DNA of 64,000 nt. Source: Paludibacteraceae bacterium. Lineage in GTDB: Bacteria > Bacteroidota > Bacteroidia > Bacteroidales > Paludibacteraceae. Made by a program: the position numbers and the translations under genes. Every line of letters begins with the position of its first letter. Position 1 is the stretch's first letter. Under the pieces are notes generated by a model. It was not told the origin of the DNA. It worked only from the letters and a program-made list of their open reading frames with translations, and made no database searches. Shown here piece by piece: positions 43,635 through 54,247 of this stretch. Location: the NCBI GenBank assembly GCA_047973025.1, contig JBKEBE010000006.1:5386-69385 (forward strand), in the 5' to 3' direction.

Positions 43635-44582
43635 ATGTTAAAAAAAATTATACTGTTCTTTATCGCTTTATGGCTGCTAATTGATGGAAATGTGTTGGCG
43701 CAATCCGTTTCAGTTACGGCTAAAATTGATTCCGCCCAAATGTGGATTGGCAATCAAACCGATATCGTTTTTGATGTAACGCTGCGAAAAGGACAACGGG
43801 TACAATTCCCTATCTTTTCAGATACGATTGTCGGAAATTTAGAAATTGTCGAACCGGTAAAAATGGATACTGTCGCTCTATCGGACGAAAATATGCAAGT
43901 TAGTGCCCGCTACAAAGTAACTTCATTTGAAGATTCGTTGGTCTATATCCGGGAATTTCCATTCGTTTCCGGTACAGATACTTCTTGGTCGAATTCATTG
44001 TCGATACGGGTTATACAGCCTTTCGTAATCGATACCGCGTCCAACACGTTGGCAGATATCAAGCCTGTTTATAAGCCACCCTTTAACTGGAAGCGCTTTT
44101 TTCTACGTGGCTTGTTGTTTTTACTTTTGATAGGGTTGGCTGTATTGTTATTCATCTTAATTAAAAGATTTATTTCAAAGAAACCGATCGTTGCCATTGA
44201 AAAGCCCAAAGTCGTCATTTCGCCATACGATGAAGCCATCAGCCGGTTAGATGCCTTGCGTGATGAAAAAATGTGGCAAAAAGGCAGAATCAAGGAGTAT
44301 CATACCGAATTGACAGATATTGTTCGAATCTATATAGAGAAGATGTTCAATATCAACAGCATGGAAATGACTTCCGATGAGATATTGGAGCATGTCGAAT
44401 TTTTAAAGGTTGATAAATCCGGTGCTTACGGCGCATTAAGGCAAATGCTCTCGTTGGCGGATCTTGTCAAATTTGCAAAATGGAATCCATCCCCTTCGGA
44501 CAATGAACTGAGCCTGATGAATGCCTACTTGTTCGTTAATCAGACGAAGGTGGAGGAAGCAAAACCACTTGAAAAAAAATAA
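43635..44582 (+). CDS. Membrane protein of the Bat cluster (third-gene position), hypothetical
   Basis: It has a signal peptide from ATG 43635 and one internal TM segment (LLFLLLIGLAVLLFILI). Confidence 0.55.
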   Translation: MLKKIILFFIALWLLIDGNVLAQSVSVTAKIDSAQMWIGNQTDIVFDVTLRKGQRVQFPIFSDTIVGNLEIVEPVKMDTVALSDENMQVSARYKVTSFEDSLVYIREFPFVSGTDTSWSNSLSIRVIQPFVIDTASNTLADIKPVYKPPFNWKRFFLRGLLFLLLIGLAVLLFILIKRFISKKPIVAIEKPKVVISPYDEAISRLDALRDEKMWQKGRIKEYHTELTDIVRIYIEKMFNINSMEMTSDEILEHVEFLKVDKSGAYGALRQMLSLADLVKFAKWNPSPSDNELSLMNAYLFVNQTKVEEAKPLEKK

Positions 44583-44639
44583 GTAATTAAAACGAAAGAA
44601 GCCTATGCGATGAATGCAGATGGCTTACAGCTATAAATA

Positions 44640-45623
44640 ATGACATTTCACAATCCCGAATATCTGTTTTTACTGCTTTTACTCATCCCCGTAATAGGTT
44701 GGTACCTGTGGGAAACACGTAAATCGGATGCCAGCATGCAGATATCATCCGTAGCAAGGCTGAAAGACGCGCCCCAGACAGCGAGACTCCGGATGCGTCA
44801 TCTACCCTTTATTTTAAGGCTACTTGCTATCAGCATGTTGATATTGGCTATCGCGCGTCCGCAATCGTCACTCAACTGGCGGAAAGAAAACAAGGAAGGG
44901 ATTGACATTATGATGGCATTGGATATTTCGGGTACGATGATGGCGGAAGATTTACGTCCGAATCGCTTGGAAGCCGCCAAGAATGTTGCCGTCGATTTTA
45001 TACAATCTCGCCCAAATGACAATCTCGGTTTAGTGGTTTTTGCCGCCGAAAGTTTTACGCAATGCCCACTCACAATTGATCACACAGTACTTATTAATCT
45101 GTTTTCAGGTATCCGATACGGCATGATTGAAGATGGAACTGCTATTGGCTTGGGACTTGCCAACGCTGTAACGAGAATCAAAGAAAGCAAGGCGAAATCC
45201 AAAGTCATCATTTTGCTTACTGACGGATCCAACAACCGGGGAGACATTGCCCCGATGACTGCCGCTGAAATCGCTAAAACATTCGGCATACGGGTATATG
45301 CTATCGGAGTAGGTTCGCACGGAATGGTCAGTATGCCTGTTCAAACTCCTTTTGGCGTACGGTTTGAAAAAATGAAATCGGAGTTTGACGAAGCTACGTT
45401 GGAAAAAATAGCTGAAATAACCGGTGGACAATACTTCAGAGCGACCAACAACGCCAAACTTCGTGAAGTTTATCAGGAAATAGACCAATTGGAAAAAACA
45501 AAAATCAGTGTACAGGAATTTAGCAATAAGAGTGAACTTTATTTCATCTTCGCTTTGCTCGCATTCTTGTTGTTATTAACAGAAATCTTGGTTAGAAATA
45601 CTTGGTTGAAAACATTGCCATAG
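44640..45623 (+). CDS. batA: vWA-domain aerotolerance protein BatA
   Basis: 327 aa with N- and C-terminal TM segments and the MIDAS-like motif ALDISGTM. Confidence 0.8.
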   Translation: MTFHNPEYLFLLLLLIPVIGWYLWETRKSDASMQISSVARLKDAPQTARLRMRHLPFILRLLAISMLILAIARPQSSLNWRKENKEGIDIMMALDISGTMMAEDLRPNRLEAAKNVAVDFIQSRPNDNLGLVVFAAESFTQCPLTIDHTVLINLFSGIRYGMIEDGTAIGLGLANAVTRIKESKAKSKVIILLTDGSNNRGDIAPMTAAEIAKTFGIRVYAIGVGSHGMVSMPVQTPFGVRFEKMKSEFDEATLEKIAEITGGQYFRATNNAKLREVYQEIDQLEKTKISVQEFSNKSELYFIFALLAFLLLLTEILVRNTWLKTLP

Positions 45624-45707
45624 ATGAGACACGTTTATATTGCATACAATTAAATAGGTATTAAATCAAAATTGTCTTGAAATTTTCAGACAAACAGTCT
45701 AAATAAT

Positions 45708-46739
45708 ATGTTTCGATTTGCTCATCCGGAATACTTACTTTTATTGATACCGGTACTTTTATTAGTAGTGGTTTTCACGCGTTCGCTATACCTTAAAAAA
45801 AAGAATTTAAAACGCTGGGGTGAGTTGAAATTGTTGGAAACATTGATGCCTAATGTGTCTTCAGCCAGACCGACGTTCAAATTTTATTTGTTATTGTCAG
45901 CGGCAATTCTTCTCGTAATCGTTTTGGCGCAACCCCAATTTGGCGCTAAAGAAGAAAACGTTAAGAAAAAGGGAATTGAAGTGATGGTGGCTTTAGATGT
46001 CTCCAATTCCATGTTGGCGCAAGACATACAACCAAGCCGTCTGATGAAGGCAAAACAGATTCTCTCACAGTTGATTGATCGGATGAGTGACGATAAGGTC
46101 GGAATGGTCGTTTTTGCAGGAGACGCTTTCGTCCAGCTTCCGATTACGACCGACTACAACGCCGCGAAACTTTTCTTGTCTTCCATAAGTACCGAAATGG
46201 TTCCATTGCAAGGGACAGCTATTGGTACAGCTATCGATCTTTCCATCAAATCGTTCGGACAAAACAAATCGGATGCGGGAAGAGCGATCATTCTCATTAC
46301 AGATGGCGAAAATCACGAAGACAATGCCGTGGCAGCCGCTAAATTAGCCGCGGATAACGGAATCAAATTGTTTGTAATCGGTATGGGGACCCCGGAAGGG
46401 GCGCCAATTCCGGTTGGTGGAATGGTTAGTTTCAAGAAGGATAGGGGAGGAAATGTGGTGGTATCCAAACTAAATGAAGAAATGGCATCCGAAATTGCCC
46501 GCGCCGGCAACGGACTCTACGTGCGTGCCGACAATAGTGATGTCGCACTGAAAAATATTAAAAATCAATTAGATACCTTGGCGAAGGCAGAGCTTGAACA
46601 AAAAGTTTACGCGCAATACAACGAACAATTTCAATCCTTTGCCATCATCGCACTTATAATTTTAATACTCGAATTCTTTGTTTTCGCGCGTAAAAACAAA
46701 TGGCTGAGTAGGATACGGATTTTTGATGCGAAAAAATAA
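45708..46739 (+). CDS. batB: vWA-domain aerotolerance protein BatB
   Basis: 343 aa with the MIDAS-like motif ALDVSNSM and flanking TM segments. Confidence 0.8.
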   Translation: MFRFAHPEYLLLLIPVLLLVVVFTRSLYLKKKNLKRWGELKLLETLMPNVSSARPTFKFYLLLSAAILLVIVLAQPQFGAKEENVKKKGIEVMVALDVSNSMLAQDIQPSRLMKAKQILSQLIDRMSDDKVGMVVFAGDAFVQLPITTDYNAAKLFLSSISTEMVPLQGTAIGTAIDLSIKSFGQNKSDAGRAIILITDGENHEDNAVAAAKLAADNGIKLFVIGMGTPEGAPIPVGGMVSFKKDRGGNVVVSKLNEEMASEIARAGNGLYVRADNSDVALKNIKNQLDTLAKAELEQKVYAQYNEQFQSFAIIALIILILEFFVFARKNKWLSRIRIFDAKK

Positions 46740-46777
46740 CGTTATATTTATATTCAATTGTGAGACTGACTTACCCA

Positions 46778-47470
46778 ATGAAGATATTAAAAAACAGCCT
46801 ATTTGTTTTCTTCTTTTTTGCCCCATTCATGATGAATGGACAGAGCGAGAACGATGATATTCGCGCCGGCAATCGGTTATACAATCATAAAAAGTTTACC
46901 GAAGCAGAAATCGAGTATCGAAAAGCATTGCAAAAAAACAATAAATCTTTCGAAGCAAATTACAATTTGGGAAATTCCCTGTTCCGACAAGAAAAGTATC
47001 ACGAAGCATTCGAACAATACAAAGCCGCTGTGCCTTTAACCGAAAATAACAGACAAAAAAAGGCATCAGGATTCCACAATATTGGCAATACGTTCATGTC
47101 GGGTGGACAGTATCAGGAAGCTATAAATGCCTATAAAATGGCTTTGAGAAATAATCCGAAGGATAACGAAACAAGGTATAATCTGGCGTACGCTCAATCC
47201 ATGTTGGACAAACAAAACGACAACGATCAGAACAAAGACAACAACGATAAAAACAAGGAAAACAAACAAAACGACCAACAACAGCCAAAGAACGACCCAA
47301 ATAAAGAGCAAGAAGAAAACAAGCCACAACAAGACCGGCAACAACCGCAAATGTCAAAAGAAAATGCCCAGCAAATTCTGAACGCGCTAGAACAAGATGA
47401 AAAAGATAATCAAGATAAAGCAAAAAGAGCAAACGCTCGTGGCAACCGAAAGGTAGAAAAAGATTGGTAA
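46778..47470 (+). CDS. batC: TPR protein BatC with a low-complexity N/D/K/Q-rich tail
   Basis: It has TPR units followed by a DKQNDNDQNKDNNDKNKENKQNDQQ.. tract. Its position follows batB. Confidence 0.7.
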   Translation: MKILKNSLFVFFFFAPFMMNGQSENDDIRAGNRLYNHKKFTEAEIEYRKALQKNNKSFEANYNLGNSLFRQEKYHEAFEQYKAAVPLTENNRQKKASGFHNIGNTFMSGGQYQEAINAYKMALRNNPKDNETRYNLAYAQSMLDKQNDNDQNKDNNDKNKENKQNDQQQPKNDPNKEQEENKPQQDRQQPQMSKENAQQILNALEQDEKDNQDKAKRANARGNRKVEKDW

Positions 47471-47524
47471 AAAAGAACTTTTGTCCGCAAATGATAACAA
47501 AATGAACCGGCTATTAAAACTCAA

Positions 47525-49381
47525 ATGAAGATTACAAAATACATATTACTTGTAATTACATTCTCAATATCCTATTGTATTGTTGCTCAGGGAGAAACAA
47601 AATTTACCGTTTCAGCTCCCGGTGCGGTCTATATGGATACACCCTTTCAATTGGTATATACTGTAAATGCTTCCGCGAAAGACCTTCAAGCTCCTGATTT
47701 TCAGTTTTTCGAAATACTTGCCGGACCTTTTGAATCACGCAGCTCTTCCTGGCAGTCCATAAACGGAAAAACATCAAGCTCGGTTACACTTTCCTATACA
47801 TTCACATTGATGCCCGGGAAAACGGGAACCTTTAAATTTCCACCGGCATCCATTACGGTAGATGGTGAAAAAGTCTATTCCAATGGACTGACCATTAAAG
47901 TGGAAGCCGCCGGAAAATCGAATTCACAGCAAGGACAAGGACAGATTCAGCGGGGCAATCAGTCGTCTAATCCACCTCAATCAGGTAGCACAAGTCGCGT
48001 TACCAATGAAAGCGTATTTGTACGAACGATTGTTTCCAAAACGAATATCTACGAGCAAGAAGCCATTCTCGTTACTTATAAGCTTTATACTTTACTGGAT
48101 ATCGCCCAATTTACGGATATCAAACTCCCTGATTTCAACGGCTTTCTCAAACAGGAAATTGAACAACCGTCCAACAAACAACTCGCAGCTGAAACCTACA
48201 ACGGGCGTAGCTATGGAACTGTGGTGTTGTATCAAGCCATACTTTTCCCACAACGTGCCGGAGAAATAACAATCGACAATGCCAATTTTACTGCATTGCT
48301 TCGATTGCGCAACGAGGCTCAACTCAAAAGTATTTTTGACGATTTTTTTGACAGTTATTCCAATGTCGAAAAAACCTTAACAGGGCGCGGCGTAAAAATC
48401 AATGTCAAAGCACTACCGATTGAAGGCAAACCTGCGTCATTCTCCGGAGCTGTCGGGAATTTTGACTTGAAGGCAACCATTAATTCCAATGAACTAAAAA
48501 CCAATGAACCGGCTACAATAAAGGTTCTCATCTCCGGTTCGGGAAATATGAAATTACTAAAGAACCCCGAAATAAAATTTCCCGACGCGTTTGAAATATA
48601 CGATCCCAAGGTCGAAAATAAATTTAACACCGGATCGGGGGGAGTTTCCGGAACCAAAACCATCGAATACCTGTTTATTCCCCGCCGTACCGGAAAATAT
48701 GAGATTCCGGCTGCCGAACTTTCTTACTTCGATTTGAATGAGCACACCTACAAAACGCTAAGAACCCCCGTTTATATTGTTAACGTGGAGAAAGGCGAGG
48801 GGGGAGAAACTATCGTGGGCAACTACACGAATAAAGAAGATGTAACCGAAGTAGCGAAAGATATTCGTCACATTAATAACGGCAATGTTCAACTGACGAG
48901 CGAAAAAAGACCGATTTATGGTTCATTTCCTTTCTGGATGATGTTTTTGATACCCTTAATATTGGCTGCTATCGTGTTCATTTTCCTGAGAAAATATCTG
49001 AAAGACAACGCGGATATAATCTTAGTCAAAACCAAGAAAGCGAATAAAGTCGCACAGAAAAGACTCAAAACCGCACAGAAATTTTTGTCGGAAGGGAATA
49101 AAAAACAATTCTACGAAGAAGTTATGAAAGCGGTTTGGACTTATCTCTCGGATAAGCTATCCATTCCCGTTGCCGAGTTAAACAAGGATAATATTAGCTC
49201 CAAAATGGCTTCACGGGGATATGACGGCGAACTGATCGGACAATTTACCGAAATCTTGAATACCTGCGAATTTGCAAGCTATGCGCCTAATACGGGGCAG
49301 CAAGAGATGGGGAATGTGTACGAAGATGCCGCTGACGCGATAGGCAAGGTAGAGCAACACTACAAAACGAAAAAAAAGTAG
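47525..49381 (+). CDS. batD: BatD (oxygen-tolerance) protein
   Basis: 618 aa with a signal peptide and a C-proximal TM segment. Position and size match BatD. Confidence 0.75.
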   Translation: MKITKYILLVITFSISYCIVAQGETKFTVSAPGAVYMDTPFQLVYTVNASAKDLQAPDFQFFEILAGPFESRSSSWQSINGKTSSSVTLSYTFTLMPGKTGTFKFPPASITVDGEKVYSNGLTIKVEAAGKSNSQQGQGQIQRGNQSSNPPQSGSTSRVTNESVFVRTIVSKTNIYEQEAILVTYKLYTLLDIAQFTDIKLPDFNGFLKQEIEQPSNKQLAAETYNGRSYGTVVLYQAILFPQRAGEITIDNANFTALLRLRNEAQLKSIFDDFFDSYSNVEKTLTGRGVKINVKALPIEGKPASFSGAVGNFDLKATINSNELKTNEPATIKVLISGSGNMKLLKNPEIKFPDAFEIYDPKVENKFNTGSGGVSGTKTIEYLFIPRRTGKYEIPAAELSYFDLNEHTYKTLRTPVYIVNVEKGEGGETIVGNYTNKEDVTEVAKDIRHINNGNVQLTSEKRPIYGSFPFWMMFLIPLILAAIVFIFLRKYLKDNADIILVKTKKANKVAQKRLKTAQKFLSEGNKKQFYEEVMKAVWTYLSDKLSIPVAELNKDNISSKMASRGYDGELIGQFTEILNTCEFASYAPNTGQQEMGNVYEDAADAIGKVEQHYKTKKK

Positions 49382-49496
49382 GACGGAAAATACTTTAGAG
49401 AGGGAGAGGTCATCTCAACCAACTATGACAACACACAAAGGGATGATTGATGGTTCGTTCCATGTTTCCTTTATGTGAAAAATAAGTTTTAAACGC

Positions 49497-50267
49497 ATGA
49501 AAATTAAAAATAAGTACTTTTTGTTGATACTGTCTTTTCTACTGACGGCAATGGCGACACAGGCTGAATCTGATTCAATTGCGCGAAGTGTGAAGCAAGC
49601 GAATGAACTGTATAGCAACGGTCAATACTCCGATGCTGTAAAACTTTACGAAAAACTCTTACAAAATGGCGTTTCTGCAGAACTGTATTACAATCTGGGA
49701 AACAGCTATTACAAAATAGACGAAATTGGTTTATCAATACTTAATTATGAGCGCGCTTTGCGACTTAATCCCGGTTTCAGAGATGCCGCGTACAACTTGG
49801 AGATTGCCGAGAGCAAGATTGTTGACAAGGTAACTACGTCAGCTTCTTTTTTCGTAAAACGCTGGATTAATGGTCTGATTAACAAATTATCTTCCAATCA
49901 ATGGGCTTTTGTCAGTTTAGTCTTTTTTATACTGTCAATTGCTACTTTTTTCGTTTTCATTTTTTCTAATTTGCGAAAGCGAAGGAAATTTTCATTTTAC
50001 GCGTCGATTATTTTAGCTTTATTTTTTATGGGTACATTCGTATTTTCAGGAGTACGCAAAGAGCAATTTGTGAAACACAATTCCGCTATAGTACTTTCCG
50101 GACAAGTAAGCGCGAAGAGTGCCCCTGATGCGAGCGGAACCGAGCTTTTTCAACTTCACGAAGGAACAAAAGTGCATATCAAAAGCACACTTGGCGCATG
50201 GACGGAAATTACTCTTGAAAATGGCGCTTTGGGCTGGATTGAAGAAAAAGCGATAGAAAGGATTTAA
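49497..50267 (+). CDS. batE: BatE: TPR plus TM plus a C-terminal SH3-like domain
   Basis: 256 aa with TPR units, two TM segments and a C-terminal ..GTKVHIKSTLGAWTEITLENGALGWIEEKAI. Confidence 0.7.
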   Translation: MKIKNKYFLLILSFLLTAMATQAESDSIARSVKQANELYSNGQYSDAVKLYEKLLQNGVSAELYYNLGNSYYKIDEIGLSILNYERALRLNPGFRDAAYNLEIAESKIVDKVTTSASFFVKRWINGLINKLSSNQWAFVSLVFFILSIATFFVFIFSNLRKRRKFSFYASIILALFFMGTFVFSGVRKEQFVKHNSAIVLSGQVSAKSAPDASGTELFQLHEGTKVHIKSTLGAWTEITLENGALGWIEEKAIERI

Positions 50268-50310
50268 CAGAATCTATTCAGTTTTTTTCAGAAATAAACT
50301 TCTAATAGCA

Positions 50311-50979
50311 ATGATAGAGATTTTAGACCACATTGACAAGCAGTGGTTACTTGCACTCAACAACGATTATCCTACTTTCTGGGACGGTTTGATGATGGGG
50401 TTTACCGAGAAACTGACTTGGATTCCGCTCTATCTTTCAATCATTTTTATACTCTTCAAAAAATGGAAGAATCAGGCGTGGTGGATTATTATTGGTTTAG
50501 TACTTTGCGTAACCATTGCCGACCAAGTAGCATCGGGTTTGCTCAAAGAAACAGTACAACGTTTACGTCCGTCTCGTGATCCTCAATTGGAGGGTATGGT
50601 TGAGATTGTAAATGGATATAGGGCCGGGAAGTATGGATTTGCATCTTCTCACGCGGCAAATTCGTTCGGTCTGGCAATGTTGAGCACGCTGATTTTTCGA
50701 AATAGAAATTACGCGATTGCGATTTTTCTATGGGCTGCAATTAATGCCTATTCACGTATTTATCTTGGGGTGCATTATCCCGGAGACATTCTGACCGGAA
50801 TGCTTATCGGGGTAGGAGCCGCGTGGCTTGTATATTGGTTACTGAAAAAATTCAGACCACAAATATTTACCGAAAATTCTTCCGTTAAAATTCAAGCGGT
50901 TATTCCAATTATCGTACTGGGGTTGAGTGTTTTGGGGCTGATAATTTACAGTATTTGGTTTTTTGCGCCGATGGGGTAG
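50311..50979 (+). CDS. PAP2-family phosphatase (membrane)
   Basis: It has the three PAP2 motifs KETVQRLRPS, SSHAANS and SRIYLGVHYPGD. Confidence 0.85.
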   Translation: MIEILDHIDKQWLLALNNDYPTFWDGLMMGFTEKLTWIPLYLSIIFILFKKWKNQAWWIIIGLVLCVTIADQVASGLLKETVQRLRPSRDPQLEGMVEIVNGYRAGKYGFASSHAANSFGLAMLSTLIFRNRNYAIAIFLWAAINAYSRIYLGVHYPGDILTGMLIGVGAAWLVYWLLKKFRPQIFTENSSVKIQAVIPIIVLGLSVLGLIIYSIWFFAPMG

Positions 50980-50997
50980 ATGTCGCAAAATCTACTC

Positions 50998-51023
50998 CAT
51001 AGATTTACAAATCTATGATTTTT
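50998..51023 (+). terminator. Possible terminator after the PAP2 gene
   Basis: catagattt / aaatctatg form a stem with a very small loop, then attttt. Confidence 0.35.
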
Positions 51024-51150
51024 AGTAGGGTAGGAGTAACTGCAATGTTGTATGTAGATTAGTATCTCTAAAGTAAATCCCCACCAAATTAGCATTTCAA
51101 CAAAAATTTAGCAGTTCTAAAAAGTATCAGATTCCCTCCATACAATTTTT

Positions 51151-52575
51151 CTACATCCCGAAACTATACACCCCAATCTTGTCCATAAAGAAATTGAATA
51201 CACCTACGAGCAGAATACCTGCCGTACAGATAAACAGGCTGACACGGTTGTAATTGTCGGTTTTCAGGGTTGGAATGGGATGCTCGCTACTGTCGATAAA
51301 CATGGCTTTTACCACAAGCAGATAGTAGTAAAGTGAAATAATGGTATTTACCACCGCGATAAGTACAAGCACGTAGAAGCCTTGTTCCAAAGCTGCCGCG
51401 AAGATAAAGAATTTGCTGAAAAAGCCCGCAAACGGTGGAATTCCACCCAAAGAGAACATTGCCAACATCATTACAAAACTCAATATCGGATTTGTACTGT
51501 ACAGTCCTTTGTAATCGCTGATATTGAGTTTTCCGGTACGGTTTTCGATAGCGGTAATCACACCAAAAGCGGCTAAATTGGAGAATACATATACGAAGAT
51601 GTAGTAAATTAGGGTTGTCATCCCAAGAGCTGTTCCACTCACAGCCGCCAATGCAATATAACCCGCTTGTGAGATAGAGGAGAAAGCCAAAAAGCGCTTG
51701 ATATTCGTTTGCCGAATAGCAAATAAGTTGGCTAATGTGATGGTAATAATAATAATCCCGAATAAAATACCTTGCCATTGTACAATCAGGTTGCCGAATA
51801 CTTTGTAGAGCAACAGCATCAAAACAAATACAGCAGCACCTTTTGAAACGACTGAGAGATACGAAGTTACGTTTGTAGGAGCACCTTCATACACATCGGC
51901 TGTCCACAAATGAAATGGAACCAGTGATATTTTGAAAAACAAACCGGCTACAAAGAAAACAAACGCCATTATTTGCAAGGCATTTACGCCGATGAGCGGA
52001 GCCATATCGGCGAAATAAAGCGTTCCGACCGAACCGTAAAGATACGAGATGCCGAATAACATGATACCGGAAGAAAAAGCTGCCAGAAGAATGTATTTTG
52101 CACCCGCTTCCGCCGATTTTTTGCTTTGCTTTTCCAGAGCGGCTAACGTAGCCAATGGAATAGAAGCCATCTCCAAACCGATATAGAACATCAAGAAATG
52201 ACCGCTTGAAATCATAAAATACATCCCAAGCAAGGTTGTCAGGGTCAGAAAATAGTATTCGCCACGCTTATTGCCCTGTTTTTCGCCGTCAAAGACTTCT
52301 TTTGCTTGTAAGAATATGATGAGTGTCGCCACATTCAGGATACCTTTTACGATAGTCATTACCGGTTTATAGTCGTACATTCCGCCAAAAACAGCTCCGG
52401 CTTCGTAGGGCATAAAAGTCCAGATGGTATGCAGGGCAAATGCCGCGATAGCAACAGGTTGGAAATACTTCATTCCACGTTTACCCGCTATCAAGTCAAA
52501 TAGCAAGAGAAATAGAATGACTGCCAAAAGCGAAACTTCGCTACGCATGAATAAAAAATTGCTGATATAGTCCAT
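51151..52575 (-). CDS. nuoN: NADH-quinone oxidoreductase subunit N
   Basis: 474-aa polytopic antiporter-like protein, last gene of the nuo cluster. Confidence 0.85.
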   Translation of the reverse strand: MDYISNFLFMRSEVSLLAVILFLLLFDLIAGKRGMKYFQPVAIAAFALHTIWTFMPYEAGAVFGGMYDYKPVMTIVKGILNVATLIIFLQAKEVFDGEKQGNKRGEYYFLTLTTLLGMYFMISSGHFLMFYIGLEMASIPLATLAALEKQSKKSAEAGAKYILLAAFSSGIMLFGISYLYGSVGTLYFADMAPLIGVNALQIMAFVFFVAGLFFKISLVPFHLWTADVYEGAPTNVTSYLSVVSKGAAVFVLMLLLYKVFGNLIVQWQGILFGIIIITITLANLFAIRQTNIKRFLAFSSISQAGYIALAAVSGTALGMTTLIYYIFVYVFSNLAAFGVITAIENRTGKLNISDYKGLYSTNPILSFVMMLAMFSLGGIPPFAGFFSKFFIFAAALEQGFYVLVLIAVVNTIISLYYYLLVVKAMFIDSSEHPIPTLKTDNYNRVSLFICTAGILLVGVFNFFMDKIGVYSFGM

Positions 52576-52701
52576 AACAAAATGTTTCTTAAGCCTTTAA
52601 AAGCGAAAATGTCGGTGTGTATATTCTAATTTATGTTTTATAACTTGTCTTCAGATAAAATGAAGATGATCCCAAAGGTTTTTCTTATATCTGTCTGAAT
52701 A

Positions 52702-54183
52702 TTACCGTGTTAATTGGGTAATAACATTTCCCAAACTGTCATTCAGCATATTGGACAATCCCAATGGGAACGAACCGATATAAACAACACCGGCAATTAA
52801 AACGATTACCGCCAACTTTTCAAACCAAACGGCATCCGTCAGTCTTTCGTGGTGCGGGTCTTGCATGGGTCCGTACAGGAATTTACCTACCATGCGTAAA
52901 ATATATACCGCTGTCGCTACGATAGAACTAATTGCTAATATGGTTAGTACACGGCGGAAAATATCGCTGTTTTCAAATGAGCCGACAAAAATCGTCATCT
53001 CGGCAGCAAACCCACTCAAGCCCGGAAGTCCGAGAGAAGCCAATCCGGCAATCACAAATGCTACACCCAAGAAAGGAATAACCTTCATCAACCCGCCCAT
53101 TTCGGTAATCATACGGGTGTGAGTACGTCCGTAAATCATCCCGATTAAGGCAAAGAATAAAGCGGTCATCAAACCGTGAGAAAGCATCTGAAGTACAGCA
53201 CCCGTCATGGATGTTTGGGTAAGCATCAGTATGGCAAAAAGTACCAAATTGCAGTGACTTACCGAAGAATAGGCGTTGATGTATTTCAGGTCGCGCTGAT
53301 GGATGGCGGCTAACGCACCGTAGAATACCCCAATGGCGGTTAACGCGATAAAAATTGGCGATAAAACATGCGCGGCTTCAGGCATCAAGTATATAGAAAC
53401 TCGGAAACAACCGTAACCGCCCAATTTCATCAATACGCCTGCATGTAACATCGAAACAGCTGTTGGGGCAGAAGCGTGACCATCCGGAGACCACGTATGA
53501 AACGGGAATAAAGCCCCTAACACTCCGAAACCGAAGAACGTCAGTGTAAAGAATAGGTATTGGTCTTTAATGGGAATATGCGCATTGACAAGGTCTAAAA
53601 TATTCATGCTTGTCGCGCCGGAACTGAAATAAATCCCCAAAATACCGACCAACAAGAACGCTGAAGCACCCATCAACATCAAGGTCAATTTCATCGCCGA
53701 ATACTCTTTCTTTCCGCTTCCCCAAATACCAATCAGCAAGTACATCGGGATGAGTGCTACTTCGTAAAACATAAACATGGTAAACATGTCGGTGGTGATG
53801 AAAAATCCGAATACACCGATTGACAGCAAACAGAACCACATGAAAAACTCGCGCGTGAGCGGTTCTATTTTCCACGAAGTGAATGTGCCGGTAAGGACTA
53901 TTACGGCAGATAAACAGAGCATAGCCACCGAAACACCGTCTACACCGAGCGAAAACGCGATGTTCAACGGCTTGTACCATTCCCAACTTGAAGTGAAAAG
54001 CATCGGGTCAGTCGCTCCTGCATGGCGGGCGGACAGATAGGCTGTTACGAGATAAGCCGAAGCCGCCACTAACGCAAGACTACCGGCAACCATTATTCCC
54101 AAAATCTGCTTACGTGTTTTTACTACGAATAGCAAGAGCAACATCAGAATGGGTATCAGTACGAATATCAATAAAAAGTTCAT
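52702..54183 (-). CDS. nuoM: NADH-quinone oxidoreductase subunit M
   Basis: 493-aa polytopic antiporter-like protein. Assigned by position. Confidence 0.85.
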   Translation of the reverse strand: MNFLLIFVLIPILMLLLLFVVKTRKQILGIMVAGSLALVAASAYLVTAYLSARHAGATDPMLFTSSWEWYKPLNIAFSLGVDGVSVAMLCLSAVIVLTGTFTSWKIEPLTREFFMWFCLLSIGVFGFFITTDMFTMFMFYEVALIPMYLLIGIWGSGKKEYSAMKLTLMLMGASAFLLVGILGIYFSSGATSMNILDLVNAHIPIKDQYLFFTLTFFGFGVLGALFPFHTWSPDGHASAPTAVSMLHAGVLMKLGGYGCFRVSIYLMPEAAHVLSPIFIALTAIGVFYGALAAIHQRDLKYINAYSSVSHCNLVLFAILMLTQTSMTGAVLQMLSHGLMTALFFALIGMIYGRTHTRMITEMGGLMKVIPFLGVAFVIAGLASLGLPGLSGFAAEMTIFVGSFENSDIFRRVLTILAISSIVATAVYILRMVGKFLYGPMQDPHHERLTDAVWFEKLAVIVLIAGVVYIGSFPLGLSNMLNDSLGNVITQLTR

Positions 54184-54247
54184 AGTTTACGATCTCTTTC
54201 CCTATTTTCCGCTTTAGCAGATTTGACGGGTATTTAATGTTTGAAAA